DNA of 62,655 nt, the filler included. It is 4 parts of 4 records of this genome, joined end to end, with 100 filler letters (N's around TTAATTAATTAA, not from the genome) between each part and the next. Parts side by side here need not be neighbours in the genome. Positions count along the whole stretch, not along the records: positions 35,883 to 53,701 come from SRR20825006_1334; 3 more parts are not named here. One strand, 5' to 3'. The first letter of the stretch is position 1, and every line of letters starts with the position of its first letter. Positions 37,191 to 47,388 of the stretch are shown in pieces. Both the position numbers and the translations under genes were made by a program. Under the pieces are notes generated by a model. The model made no database searches. It worked only from the letters and a program-made list of their open reading frames with translations, and was not told where the DNA came from.

Positions 37191-39746
37191 ATGAGACAAC
37201 TCCTGGCATTAATTTTATTCACTTTTCTTACTGTTCCTTTTGGGCATGCTCAATGCTCGTATTGTACTTCTTTGGAAGACGCGATGATTGAGCCAACGAT
37301 GGTAAAATCTCTTGATTTAAGAGCGAGAAGTTTAACCGAGTTCCCAACAGAATTGAACAATTTTCCGAATCTAAAATATTTGAATTTATCGAGCAATGTC
37401 ATCGATGATATTCCATATACATCAACGCTATTAATTTCACTTAAGGAACTTGATTTATCAAACAATCCAGGATTTAATACAATTGATCTAGAGGGGATTG
37501 GGCAATCTTTTCCATTATTAAAAAAGCTCTCATTTGCATCGAGTAGTGCCAGATATCTCTCTGGAAGTATAATGGAATTGAAACAGTTGGAAGAATTGGA
37601 CATCTCGAATAACGCCATTCAGTATCTTCCTTCGGAATTAGGGGAAATTCGAACGTTAAAACGCATAGATGCTTCCAATAATAGACTCGAAGATGCTTTT
37701 TGGATAAAGGGTCTTTGGAAGATCGAGGAAATCTATCTCGGTGGAAACAAAATGCTAAAGTCAAATGATGTTGGAAAAGCACTTTTGTTTAAAGACAGCT
37801 TGAGAACGGTGGAAATTACTCCAGGGAATTCAAGATTGGAATTATCAGGGATATACTCAGATCTGAATATGACTGAGTTGAGAGTGATTGGTGGAAACAT
37901 CACCGTTTTTGAAAATGGGATTTGCAAGAATAAAACACTTTCCAAAATTGTATTTGATGGTTCCGAAATTTCAAACCCTGAGCGACTTTTTGAATGGCTC
38001 AATCGTTTTCCAAATCTAGAGACAATAGAGTTCCGAAATATGGAATTGGAGGGAGAGTTGAATCTAATTACAAAGGTTAAAGAAATTCGATTTGTAGATT
38101 GTAAGATAGCACAAAAGGAATCGCTCCAGAAGATTAACCCGCGCATTGATGTGGTGGGAGTTAATTCTGATATTTCTATGAACGGCTACGTTGGAAATGC
38201 GAAAATTGCTTCAACAGGAGAAACAATCGCGCCTACAATCATGGAACCAATGATGTCCGAAGCGATGCTAACGAATTCATTGCCACCTTTTGTAGAAGCA
38301 GATCAAACAATCATTTCGATTCCAGCGTCAGCGCCAAAAAAAATCGCATTGGACTTCAGTAGTTACGATATCCCAAGCAATGCTTTTCTCACTCCAGATG
38401 GAACTGTATATTCAGGTGAAGTGACCTTGAAAATTAAAGAATATGATAATGCAATTGAGAATGCGTTAGCAGGTGTTCCAATGGTGTACAGAAATGGTGG
38501 AGCAAACAATATTTTCGCTTCATCTGGGATGATTGACTTTAGAGCATACGACGAGCAAGGAAACGAACTCAAGCCAAATCCTGAAAATATAATTCAAGTG
38601 GAGTTGAGAGATTTGCAACCGACGGAAAACTCAGATCTCTATGTTTACGATGAAACGGCCCAAAATTGGGTAGAAATTGGTGCTCCAGAAACGGTTAGTT
38701 GGGAAGAAAGAAAAAGAATGTATCTCGATTCACTAAATAATTTACCCGATTCTGATTTTATCAAACAAAGAATTGTTCCAATTGGAGTTCACATGAAGTA
38801 CAAAGCAAATTCAAAAGATGCTTATCGCCTGTGGTTTGAAACGACGACTAGACGTCCTAGGGTAGAAAATAGTTCAAGTAGAATCCAAACTGTGTATGAG
38901 TCCAATTTTGATCAGCAGCACCTGGCTAAATCTGATTGGATAATTGATACGATTATTTCACCTGAAATAAAGGAAGCGCTTCAATCAATGAAAAGAATTC
39001 AAAAAAAGAATGCGCGTTATTGGAAGAAGAAAAAGAAGATAGATACGTACGTTTTTGCACCGCGACTCATTACCCAATTACACATCACTCCAAATTTTGA
39101 AGATGATAATTACGATATGACATTCTTTTTCAAAGATTCTCTGGTTTCTCTTCCTGTTTTACCTGACCTCCATGGTTCTACTTCGCGCATTCAGACGAAG
39201 GAAAAGTCAAAGTGGGATGGTTATGAACGTGCATTAAAAAAAGAAGGAAAGGAGAAAGATGCCCTGAACAGTTGGAAAGTGAAGAATGACAAGAAATTGG
39301 CAGCGAAGGCAAGAGAGCAAATGGCAGAGCTCCTCGCGAGTCAAAATATTAGGGGAAGGGAGCTGTTGGAACAGTTGCGCTTTGGATTAACAGGTTTTGG
39401 ATTGGTAAACTGCGATTATTTTTCACGAAACAGACCGTCAGGCTATTTGCAATATGATTCAACAGCGCGAGACGTAGAGGGAAATTGGGTAAGAGTGCCG
39501 AACGAGGTAAGAAACATTATGCTCGACGATAATTCATTCGTATCCACTTCTTCGAAGACTGTGCCCGAGTATGATAGACAAAAATCGATTGTTCTGTTTT
39601 CCATTGGCGCACTTGAAATTGCAGTTGTGAAAGGTTTTGAGCGTTTAAAAAATGGTCTTGTTCGTCCAATTGTAGAAAGAATTTCAACGGATGGTATTCC
39701 ACCAGATGAAGTAAGGAAAAAAATATTATCTGCGGCAGGTGAATGA
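37191..39746 (+). CDS. Exported leucine-rich repeat protein with a large uncharacterised C-terminal region
   Basis: Signal peptide; LRRs (LKYLNLSSN, LKELDLSNN, LEELDISNN); SSGMIDFRAY and FGLVNCD motifs. Confidence 0.85.
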   Translation: MRQLLALILFTFLTVPFGHAQCSYCTSLEDAMIEPTMVKSLDLRARSLTEFPTELNNFPNLKYLNLSSNVIDDIPYTSTLLISLKELDLSNNPGFNTIDLEGIGQSFPLLKKLSFASSSARYLSGSIMELKQLEELDISNNAIQYLPSELGEIRTLKRIDASNNRLEDAFWIKGLWKIEEIYLGGNKMLKSNDVGKALLFKDSLRTVEITPGNSRLELSGIYSDLNMTELRVIGGNITVFENGICKNKTLSKIVFDGSEISNPERLFEWLNRFPNLETIEFRNMELEGELNLITKVKEIRFVDCKIAQKESLQKINPRIDVVGVNSDISMNGYVGNAKIASTGETIAPTIMEPMMSEAMLTNSLPPFVEADQTIISIPASAPKKIALDFSSYDIPSNAFLTPDGTVYSGEVTLKIKEYDNAIENALAGVPMVYRNGGANNIFASSGMIDFRAYDEQGNELKPNPENIIQVELRDLQPTENSDLYVYDETAQNWVEIGAPETVSWEERKRMYLDSLNNLPDSDFIKQRIVPIGVHMKYKANSKDAYRLWFETTTRRPRVENSSSRIQTVYESNFDQQHLAKSDWIIDTIISPEIKEALQSMKRIQKKNARYWKKKKKIDTYVFAPRLITQLHITPNFEDDNYDMTFFFKDSLVSLPVLPDLHGSTSRIQTKEKSKWDGYERALKKEGKEKDALNSWKVKNDKKLAAKAREQMAELLASQNIRGRELLEQLRFGLTGFGLVNCDYFSRNRPSGYLQYDSTARDVEGNWVRVPNEVRNIMLDDNSFVSTSSKTVPEYDRQKSIVLFSIGALEIAVVKGFERLKNGLVRPIVERISTDGIPPDEVRKKILSAAGE

Positions 39747-40507
39747 GATTTTTAATTGGCATACTCATCTTAATTTGCTCATGGAGCGTTTCAGGACAAA
39801 CACGAAAATTCAATGAAGAATCACATTTAATTTTGTCTGCGAAAGATTCAACGTTTGAATTGGTTGATCGTCCTGCGACAGAAATGGCTTTTAACTTTCT
39901 GACCGAAAGTCCTGAAGAATTGAATGCTATTTTTCTTTCTCATTTGCACTCCTATGCACGCAAACGTCCAGATGAATTGGAAGGAAGTAAGACGTTGACC
40001 ATTCTTTCCGAATTAGCCGTGAAATTTTGGAAGGGCTCTGTTTACAGCGACAAGAAAAAGTGGAGTAAGTTGTCAAAGCATTTCAAAAGAGCATCGAATA
40101 GAACAGTTTCTAAATTCAACATTCTAAAGGAAATCTCATTTAGAATTCCCTTGGTAAACGATAGACATAGCAAGTTTTACTACGATGCAAAAGGATCTGA
40201 GGGTGGATTGAACCTTTATTTTGGAAAGAAGCCTAAGAACCAGAAGGAACGTGACGAAACAAATCAAGTTCCATTGCCGCTTTATACTGAAACAGAATTG
40301 TTAGATCGGTTCATTCGTGAGGTAAAACGACAAGGGATTTATTCAGATTTAAAGAAGGGATTGTATTCTTATGTTGGACTTCATCTCGAAGTAGATCAGA
40401 ATTCATTGTATAAAAATAGAGTTCCTACGGCGCGCGTAGTGGTGATTTGTGGCGCACGAAGACTTAGAAACGTTCGTGTCAAATATCAACCAAAAGAATC
40501 AAACTAA
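39743..40507 (+). CDS. Exported basic hypothetical protein, ATGA-coupled to the LRR gene
   Basis: Signal peptide MRFLIGILILICSWSVSG; 4-nt overlap. Confidence 0.7.
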   Translation: MRFLIGILILICSWSVSGQTRKFNEESHLILSAKDSTFELVDRPATEMAFNFLTESPEELNAIFLSHLHSYARKRPDELEGSKTLTILSELAVKFWKGSVYSDKKKWSKLSKHFKRASNRTVSKFNILKEISFRIPLVNDRHSKFYYDAKGSEGGLNLYFGKKPKNQKERDETNQVPLPLYTETELLDRFIREVKRQGIYSDLKKGLYSYVGLHLEVDQNSLYKNRVPTARVVVICGARRLRNVRVKYQPKESN

Positions 40508-42018
40508 AGCCCTTTGATTGTTTTTTGAGTGCTTCCGTCGGAATACACGTGAATGTAAACTACACCATTTTGCTGATAATTAACTTCTCTTCCAAGAAGA
40601 TCAATCGTTCTGATGAGCGACTTCTCATTTGTCGCTAGATTCTCATCAACACTAAGATCACAAATTCCGCTAAAACTCACTGGGAACGATCCTAAAAATC
40701 CAACTCCGTATGGAACATACACTTGATAGGTTTCGCCTGATACAGGAAGAGTAGTTTGCGTTAGATCGCCATTCGACCATTCGTAATTACTGAATCCATC
40801 GGGAGCTTTTAAGTAAATCACTCCGTTCGAATCTAAACATGAAATTTCCGGTCTCGGAAGCGTGAAATCGAGTTCAAATGGAATTGCACGATAGTTCATT
40901 ACACTGTCCCGAAAAACGATTTCAAAGTTTTTACTATCATTCTGATCAAACCCAATTATGCTTGGACTTGGACGATTGATGTAGCCGTAGTTGACAACAG
41001 CGTTTCCATTGTAAATGCGATAGCTTCCCATGGCTCTTCCGTAGTTCAGAGAGATGTCTTCCAATGAGTTTTCAAGCGTAGCCGTCCAATTAACCGTATC
41101 AAGCTGATAGATGAGCTCTCTCGAACGTTTTGGAGTAGATAAATTCCCATTGTCGTGAATAGAAATGCGTCCGTTACCAAGATCACGCGCATCGTGCTGG
41201 AAATTGAATCCAGAATCTCCAACAAACGTAAAATCACTGTTAATACCGCCCAAGCGCCAAAGAATAGCTCCACTTACTCGGTCGATTTTATAAACACAAT
41301 TGGTATGTCGTCCAGAAACAATAAAGTGACCGTCCTCTGTTTCATCGACTGAATTAATGTGGAAATAATCAAAATTTTGTGGATTGTACATGAAACCGTT
41401 CATCTCAGTAGGGAAAACGTCATCACAACTGTTCCATGAGAAAATTAAATTTCCTGCGACATCAAACTCTTGAAATCCTCCGCATTTTACGTTGGTTGTG
41501 CTACTGCCCTGTGAACCAGAGAATGTATACGCACTTAAATCCATTGTATCATAAGACGCCGTAGTAATCACATGGTGCCCTGCACTTGTCACTTCATACT
41601 CATGATTATCTGGATTCACTCCAATTGGAAGAATAGTGTTTGTCACTTGAAACTGGTCGTTTAACGTGATGAATTCCATTGAATCGGGACTGTACGTCAC
41701 CACTTCCTGAAAAAATCCATGTTCGCTGTTGTACGAGAAGCATCTAAAACCAGAAATATTGACTGCGAATGTATCTTGATACCAAGCGACGTAGCCATTT
41801 TGGTCAAGAATTATTCCGCGTCCTGTATTGTTAGAAATGTTCTGACCATTTGCACTCGTAATGAAAGGATTTATTCCTAGATAGAAATCATGTCCAGAAC
41901 CATATTGCGTGTACTCGTATTGGTATAAATCTGCAGGAACAGGCCTGTTAAAGTTTTGACCAAACGAGAATTGGATGAGGTTCGTAAGAATTAAACCAAC
42001 AACAAGGTATTTGAACAT
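40504..42018 (-). CDS. Arylsulfotransferase (ASST) family beta-propeller with a T9SS-like C-terminal domain
   Basis: DNHE, DYFHINSV, ISGR-like, FQHDAR and HDNG motifs; C-terminal DLLGRE...YSDGSTQK. Confidence 0.82.
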   Translation of the reverse strand: MFKYLVVGLILTNLIQFSFGQNFNRPVPADLYQYEYTQYGSGHDFYLGINPFITSANGQNISNNTGRGIILDQNGYVAWYQDTFAVNISGFRCFSYNSEHGFFQEVVTYSPDSMEFITLNDQFQVTNTILPIGVNPDNHEYEVTSAGHHVITTASYDTMDLSAYTFSGSQGSSTTNVKCGGFQEFDVAGNLIFSWNSCDDVFPTEMNGFMYNPQNFDYFHINSVDETEDGHFIVSGRHTNCVYKIDRVSGAILWRLGGINSDFTFVGDSGFNFQHDARDLGNGRISIHDNGNLSTPKRSRELIYQLDTVNWTATLENSLEDISLNYGRAMGSYRIYNGNAVVNYGYINRPSPSIIGFDQNDSKNFEIVFRDSVMNYRAIPFELDFTLPRPEISCLDSNGVIYLKAPDGFSNYEWSNGDLTQTTLPVSGETYQVYVPYGVGFLGSFPVSFSGICDLSVDENLATNEKSLIRTIDLLGREVNYQQNGVVYIHVYSDGSTQKTIKGL

Positions 42019-42048
42019 TGAATTCCTTAATAGAATAAGTGAGAAGAG

Positions 42049-43269
42049 TTATGCGACTCTTAATTTCGCCAGCTTCGATTTCATAAACTGTGCCTTAGCA
42101 TATTCGGCAGTTACCCGATATTCAGTCTCATTCTTCGAAGGAAGTTCAAACATTGCTTCATTTAAAATTGCTTCACAAATAGATCTTAGTCCACGTGCTC
42201 CTAATTTAAACTCGATCGCTTTTTCTACGATGAAATCCAATACTTCTTTATCGAACTTAAGGTTGATTCCATCTAATTCAAACAGGCGAACATATTGCTT
42301 TACTAGCGCGTTTTTCGGTTCTGTAAGAATAAGCTTTAAGCTTTTAGCGTCAAGCGGTTCAAGATAAGTTAAAACAGGGAAACGACCAATCAACTCGGGA
42401 ATCAATCCAAACGTTTTTACATCTGTTGGATTAATATATTTTAAAAGTGATTCACCATCAATTCTTTCTTCCTCTTTTGATGAGAAACCAATTGTTTGGC
42501 GATTTACGCGATTTGCGATAATTTTTTCAATTCCGTCGAAAGCACCTCCGCAAACGAAAAGAATGTTTCGGGTATCGATTTGGATCATTTTTTGTTCCGG
42601 ATGTTTCCGTCCTCCTTGTGGTGGAACATTCACAACCGAACCTTCAAGTAATTTCAAAAGAGCTTGCTGAACTCCCTCTCCAGAAACATCTCTGGTGATA
42701 GAAGGGTTGTCGCTTTTTCGAGCAATTTTATCAATCTCATCGACAAATACAATTCCTTTTTCTGCAGCAGCAACGTCATAATCCGCTGCTTGGAGAAGTC
42801 TTGAAAGAATACTTTCTACATCTTCTCCTACATATCCAGCTTCCGTAAGAACGGTAGCATCAGCGATACAAAAAGGAACGTTAAGCATTTTAGCGATTGT
42901 TTTAGCTAACAATGTTTTACCCGTTCCAGTTCTTCCAACAAGGATCACATTCGATTTCTCAATGTCAATATCGTCTTTAGCAATCGGTTGATTCAATCGT
43001 TTGTAATGATTGTAAACTGCAACGGAGAGGACTTTTTTCGCATCGGTTTGCCCAATTACGTATTCATCCAATTTTTCTTTAACCTCTGCTGGTTTCAACA
43101 CATTCACAACACGCTCCTCTTTTTGAGAAGGTGTGCTTTCCTCTTTTACAATTGTATTTGCTTGAGTCACGCAACTTTCACAGATGTGACCAGAAACCCC
43201 TGCAATTAACATCCCAACCTCGGAACGTGCTCTCCCACAAAACGAACAACCTGCTTCTTTTTTCGACAT
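42049..43269 (-). CDS. clpX: ATP-dependent Clp protease ATP-binding subunit ClpX
   Basis: CSFC..C..C zinc finger; [24 protein letters not shown] and IGF loop. Confidence 0.98.
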   Translation of the reverse strand: MSKKEAGCSFCGRARSEVGMLIAGVSGHICESCVTQANTIVKEESTPSQKEERVVNVLKPAEVKEKLDEYVIGQTDAKKVLSVAVYNHYKRLNQPIAKDDIDIEKSNVILVGRTGTGKTLLAKTIAKMLNVPFCIADATVLTEAGYVGEDVESILSRLLQAADYDVAAAEKGIVFVDEIDKIARKSDNPSITRDVSGEGVQQALLKLLEGSVVNVPPQGGRKHPEQKMIQIDTRNILFVCGGAFDGIEKIIANRVNRQTIGFSSKEEERIDGESLLKYINPTDVKTFGLIPELIGRFPVLTYLEPLDAKSLKLILTEPKNALVKQYVRLFELDGINLKFDKEVLDFIVEKAIEFKLGARGLRSICEAILNEAMFELPSKNETEYRVTAEYAKAQFMKSKLAKLRVA

Positions 43270-43333
43270 ACTTAGTTATACAAGAAATCCTGCTACCAAA
43301 GGTTGCAGGACTTCAATTTAAGACAAACTTACG

Positions 43334-44002
43334 TTATTTTGAGTTTCGAAGCAAAACTTCGTCTATCATTCCGTACGCTTTTGCTTCTTCTGACGTCATC
43401 CAGTAATCTCTATCTGAATCTTGCGACACCTTATCAAAATCTTGTTTTGAGTGATGTGCGATGATGTCATATAATTCTTTTTTCAATTTTTGAATCTCGC
43501 GAGCCGTGATTTCGATATCCGATGCTTGCCCTTGAGCTCCTCCTAAAGGTTGGTGAATCATCACTCGTGAATGCTTCAACGCAGATCGTTTTCCGTCTGC
43601 TCCAGCACACAATAATACTGCACCCATTGAGGCAGCCATTCCTGTGCAAATTGTTGCTACGTCAGGGGAAATGAAATTCATAGTGTCATAAATCCCAAGT
43701 CCTGCATAAACAGAACCTCCTGGAGAATTCAAGTAAATCTGAATGTCCTTTTTTGGATCCACAGATTCCAAGAAAAGTAACTGAGCGTTAATCATATTCG
43801 CGACTTGATCATTGATTCCAGTACCTAAAAAGATAATTCGGTCCATCATTAATCGCGAAAAAACGTCCATTTGTGTCATGTTCATCTGACGTTCCTCAAT
43901 GATATAAGGAGTTAAAGACGATTCTATATAATGTTCCATGTGCATGCTACTGATGCCCATGTGCTTGGTAGCGAACTTGCCAAATTCTTTGTTATCAAAC
44001 AT
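43334..44002 (-). CDS. clpP: Clp protease proteolytic subunit
   Basis: MDVFSRL, NSPGG, AASMG and MIHQP motifs. Confidence 0.98.
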   Translation of the reverse strand: MFDNKEFGKFATKHMGISSMHMEHYIESSLTPYIIEERQMNMTQMDVFSRLMMDRIIFLGTGINDQVANMINAQLLFLESVDPKKDIQIYLNSPGGSVYAGLGIYDTMNFISPDVATICTGMAASMGAVLLCAGADGKRSALKHSRVMIHQPLGGAQGQASDIEITAREIQKLKKELYDIIAHHSKQDFDKVSQDSDRDYWMTSEEAKAYGMIDEVLLRNSK

Positions 44003-44099
44003 AATTTTTGTTTTCTTTCAATTGAACGTTAAAGATAACGTCTAAGTTGGGAATAGCAATGTTAAAATTTACCAAAGTCTAACTTAACGGAGATTAGAT

Positions 44100-44107
44100 T
44101 AACTTTG
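44100..44107 (+). promoter_or_regulatory. Bacteroidota primary-sigma -7 element for the glycosyltransferase gene
   Basis: TAACTTTG matches TAnnTTTG, ending 7 nt before the ATG. Confidence 0.55.
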
Positions 44108-44114
44108 GCGGCGT

Positions 44115-45017
44115 ATGAAACCAGAAGACATTAATGACAGTCGAATTCTTCTTTCTCCTTTAAATTGGGGAATGGGACATGTGTCCAGATGTATTTCGTT
44201 GATTGATCAATTGATTGCTCAAGGAAATTCGATTGTATTGGCTGTAAATGAAGAGCAGCGAGAAATTTTCAGCCAGTATTTTGATAACATTACGTACGTT
44301 CATCACGATGGTTACCCGTTTGAATTTGGTGGGAAAGGATACTTTGGTTGGGATATAACAAAGCGATTTTCGAAATTGAATCAACGGATGCGGACTGAGC
44401 GAGCGGAAGTTGAAGAGTATGTTTCGGAGCATGAAATCGATATCGTTCTATCGGATCATCGCTATGGTTTCTTTTCGCTCCAAGTCGCTTCGATTTTCAT
44501 TACGCATCAATATAATTTACCAACTCGCTGGTATGAGTGGAGTGTTTCTGCCTTGCACAGACGACTTATGGGATTATTCTCTAATGTTTGGATCATGGAT
44601 TACGAGGATTCTAGGCTGGCTGGTAAATTGAGTTCAGGTGGAAGAAGAGATAAGCGGGTGAAATATATTGGACCTTATTCCCGTTTCTCGAGATATACGC
44701 CAGTTGAAAAAACAATTGATGAAGTCTTAATCTTGAGTGGTCCGGATGTTTATGCAAAACAATTATTGGAACACTTTTCGAATAATGATACCATAACGAT
44801 TATTGGAAAACCAGAGATTGTGAAAAACACGCAATCATCTGTTGTTTCGGGTGATTGGTTGCAACAAGATCAGGCAATTTTAGCCGCGAAAAACATAATC
44901 TCTTACGCGGGTTATTCTACGATTATGGATTTGAATGTTCTTAAGGCAGAGAGTTTGTTGTTTCCAACTTTAGGTCAACGTGAGCAAGTCTATCTGTCGA
45001 AATTACACAAGAACTAA
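44115..45017 (+). CDS. GT-B glycosyltransferase (GT28/MJ1255-like)
   Basis: PLNWGMGHVSRC, SDHRYG, AGYSTIMD and PTLGQREQ motifs. Confidence 0.85.
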   Translation: MKPEDINDSRILLSPLNWGMGHVSRCISLIDQLIAQGNSIVLAVNEEQREIFSQYFDNITYVHHDGYPFEFGGKGYFGWDITKRFSKLNQRMRTERAEVEEYVSEHEIDIVLSDHRYGFFSLQVASIFITHQYNLPTRWYEWSVSALHRRLMGLFSNVWIMDYEDSRLAGKLSSGGRRDKRVKYIGPYSRFSRYTPVEKTIDEVLILSGPDVYAKQLLEHFSNNDTITIIGKPEIVKNTQSSVVSGDWLQQDQAILAAKNIISYAGYSTIMDLNVLKAESLLFPTLGQREQVYLSKLHKN

Positions 45018-45022
45018 TTTAA

Positions 45023-47062
45023 TTAGTAAACAATTATCCTTTGTCGCGTTCCTGTGGATTGATCAACGATAAAGAAGATTCCGGTTTCCGTAAATGGAAG
45101 TGATTCTACCTTATCTCCAACGGCGATTACTTTTCCATCTGTCGAATAAACTTTCACTGAACATTTTTCATGAAATACAATTTGTTGATTGAGTATATCA
45201 TAAAAGGCAATATCACTATTGAAGTTTAATGAAATAATGCCGTGATTCCGAGCGCTCCCATCCAAATCTATCGCAGTCAATTGATAGTAATTAATCCCGT
45301 AGGTTGGAGTTTTATGCACAAAGCGGTAAGGGTGATGCTCTTGCGAGTTCCCCATTCCTTTTACGCGATCGATTTCTTTAAAGTCAACTCCAGAAGAAGA
45401 GTGTTTAACGCTGAAATAATCTGAATTGATCTCAGAAATGGTAGACCAACTTAGGTTTACTTGTCTATCTTCAATGGTTCCAGAAAAGGAAATCAACTCA
45501 ATTGGCAATACTACGGGGTTCAGCATGCAATCATCATCTCCATAGCTAGTTGGTGATCCTCCTGCAGATGAGTATGTAACAAAATCGCCATCGGTACCTG
45601 AGTTTTGAGTACGATCGTAATTGTAATCGATTGAGAAAAAGTCCGTAGATGTTGTTGTAATGGACGAGTTAAAATATCTAAATCCAGCTGCTGTGCTATT
45701 ACTAAAGTTTCCGTTTACGTTCCAATCTGGGTCAGTAGTATATATAATATAAATCGGACCAGAACCGCAAAGACCATCCCAAGTAAGTGCATCAATGCAA
45801 AGTCCGTCGTGTGCAACCATAAAACTAGCTCCAGCGGGAATTGTAGCTCCTGTTCCTTCTACAAAAGTGCCTGGACACCCAGCTGCAGCATTAATGTTAG
45901 CGGTGGTCGATGGGTTCGTTGTAAGGTTGTCAGTTAAACTTGGATTTGTTCCTGGAGGAGCAGTGGAACCATAACTTATTGAAAGATTCGCCGGCGTTGC
46001 AGTAAAAGAGTAATCGCCAGTATTTCCAAAGATTAACTCATTGTATCCTTCAATACACGTTGGGTTACAAGAATTGATTATTACACTGGTAATATGTGGT
46101 GGCTCACAAGAAGAAGTGAGGGTGACTGTGATGTTTGTGCTATTTCCTGAAGTGCCAACTGGATTACTTGAGGTGATTCTGATAGAATATGTTCCCGACG
46201 GAATTGCTGGGGGAAGGGTAAATGAGATGTTTCCTCCGGGATTTACACCTGACGCTCCAGCACCGGATAAGGTTCCAATAATTGTAGGAGTTGCGAAACT
46301 TCCAGTATTATCGGATAATTGTGCAGTAAATACGTTCCCTGCGTTAAATGTTCCAGTAGATGAAAATGCAATGGTTCCCGAAGAACCTGTAGTGCAGGAT
46401 ACAGAAAAAGGTCCTCCAGAGGCCGCTCCAGCCGTTATCGTTACTGCGGAAGCCGAACAACCCGCGCAAAGGTTAGTGTGAGAACCTAGGTTACTCCCTG
46501 ACATTCCTACGGCTGTCCAGTTGGCAGTTGTAAATGTAGGAAATGAAGTTCCAGTTGGATCTGATGTAACACCTGTGCAATAACTTGGATTTCGAATAAC
46601 TCCTTCGTCGGCAGTTCCGTTTCCAACTCCAGTCCATTCTGATCCTGGATCTGCACCAATATTACCAAATAAGTCTAGTAGAGTCGTGCCGTTGTACAAT
46701 CCGACGGCGTCATCTCCATTGAAAGAAAGAGAGCCAGAAGTCATGTTAGAAAGTCCAGTAAGCGTGCCATTTGCTGAGCTATTGCAAACAACGTAAACTC
46801 CGCATGCCGCAATTGTACCAGAAAGATTTATTGTTGAACCCGCAGAAGAACTTCCGTTGAAATACAACTTGATATTGTACCCCGTCAAATTTATTGGGGC
46901 ACTGGTGGTGTTGAAAATTTCAATGCATTTATCATTACCTGATCCTTCGAGGTATTCTGATATAATGAGTTGGGCATTTGCTTCCTGCGTGAAGATGCAG
47001 AATATAACTCCTATGAAGAGTGAAGCTGTTTTTTGGGAGTAATAGGATACTAACTTACGCAT
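45023..47062 (-). CDS. Secreted lamin-tail-domain protein with a T9SS-type C-terminus
   Basis: LIISEYLEGSGNDKCIEIFN and FNGDDAV (LTD); LPIELISF...LSWSTISEINSDYF C-terminal module; start trimmed to MRKL. Confidence 0.82.
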   Translation of the reverse strand: MRKLVSYYSQKTASLFIGVIFCIFTQEANAQLIISEYLEGSGNDKCIEIFNTTSAPINLTGYNIKLYFNGSSSAGSTINLSGTIAACGVYVVCNSSANGTLTGLSNMTSGSLSFNGDDAVGLYNGTTLLDLFGNIGADPGSEWTGVGNGTADEGVIRNPSYCTGVTSDPTGTSFPTFTTANWTAVGMSGSNLGSHTNLCAGCSASAVTITAGAASGGPFSVSCTTGSSGTIAFSSTGTFNAGNVFTAQLSDNTGSFATPTIIGTLSGAGASGVNPGGNISFTLPPAIPSGTYSIRITSSNPVGTSGNSTNITVTLTSSCEPPHITSVIINSCNPTCIEGYNELIFGNTGDYSFTATPANLSISYGSTAPPGTNPSLTDNLTTNPSTTANINAAAGCPGTFVEGTGATIPAGASFMVAHDGLCIDALTWDGLCGSGPIYIIYTTDPDWNVNGNFSNSTAAGFRYFNSSITTTSTDFFSIDYNYDRTQNSGTDGDFVTYSSAGGSPTSYGDDDCMLNPVVLPIELISFSGTIEDRQVNLSWSTISEINSDYFSVKHSSSGVDFKEIDRVKGMGNSQEHHPYRFVHKTPTYGINYYQLTAIDLDGSARNHGIISLNFNSDIAFYDILNQQIVFHEKCSVKVYSTDGKVIAVGDKVESLPFTETGIFFIVDQSTGTRQRIIVY

Positions 47063-47334
47063 AGATGCATGTTGTTCGTTGACTAGTAGTGTTAACTGAA
47101 CGAAGATACACCAGAAAGAGAGAAACAAAAAATGCGGGGTAGGGTAGTTATCAACGATCCATTGAGCTTCAGTTCTGTATTAAGTCCAAACGAAAAGGAC
47201 TTGGATTGGTGAACGTATCAGTTAAACGATTTAGGAGAATAGCAGGGATTTGTGGATAATTAATTTTAGTTCGATGGTTGTGAACAGTTTAATAGAATTA
47301 AATCAGAGATTTAATTATTTGATAATATTGGGGC

Positions 47335-47368
47335 AAAAAAAAACTGACCCCAAAAGGGATCAGTTTTC
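47335..47368 (-). terminator. Intrinsic terminator after the TPR lipoprotein gene
   Basis: AAAACTGACCCC-AAAA-GGGATCAGTTTT with a long A-run (U-tract on the minus strand). Confidence 0.75.
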
Positions 47369-47388
47369 TATTTGATCAAGAATTTTAT

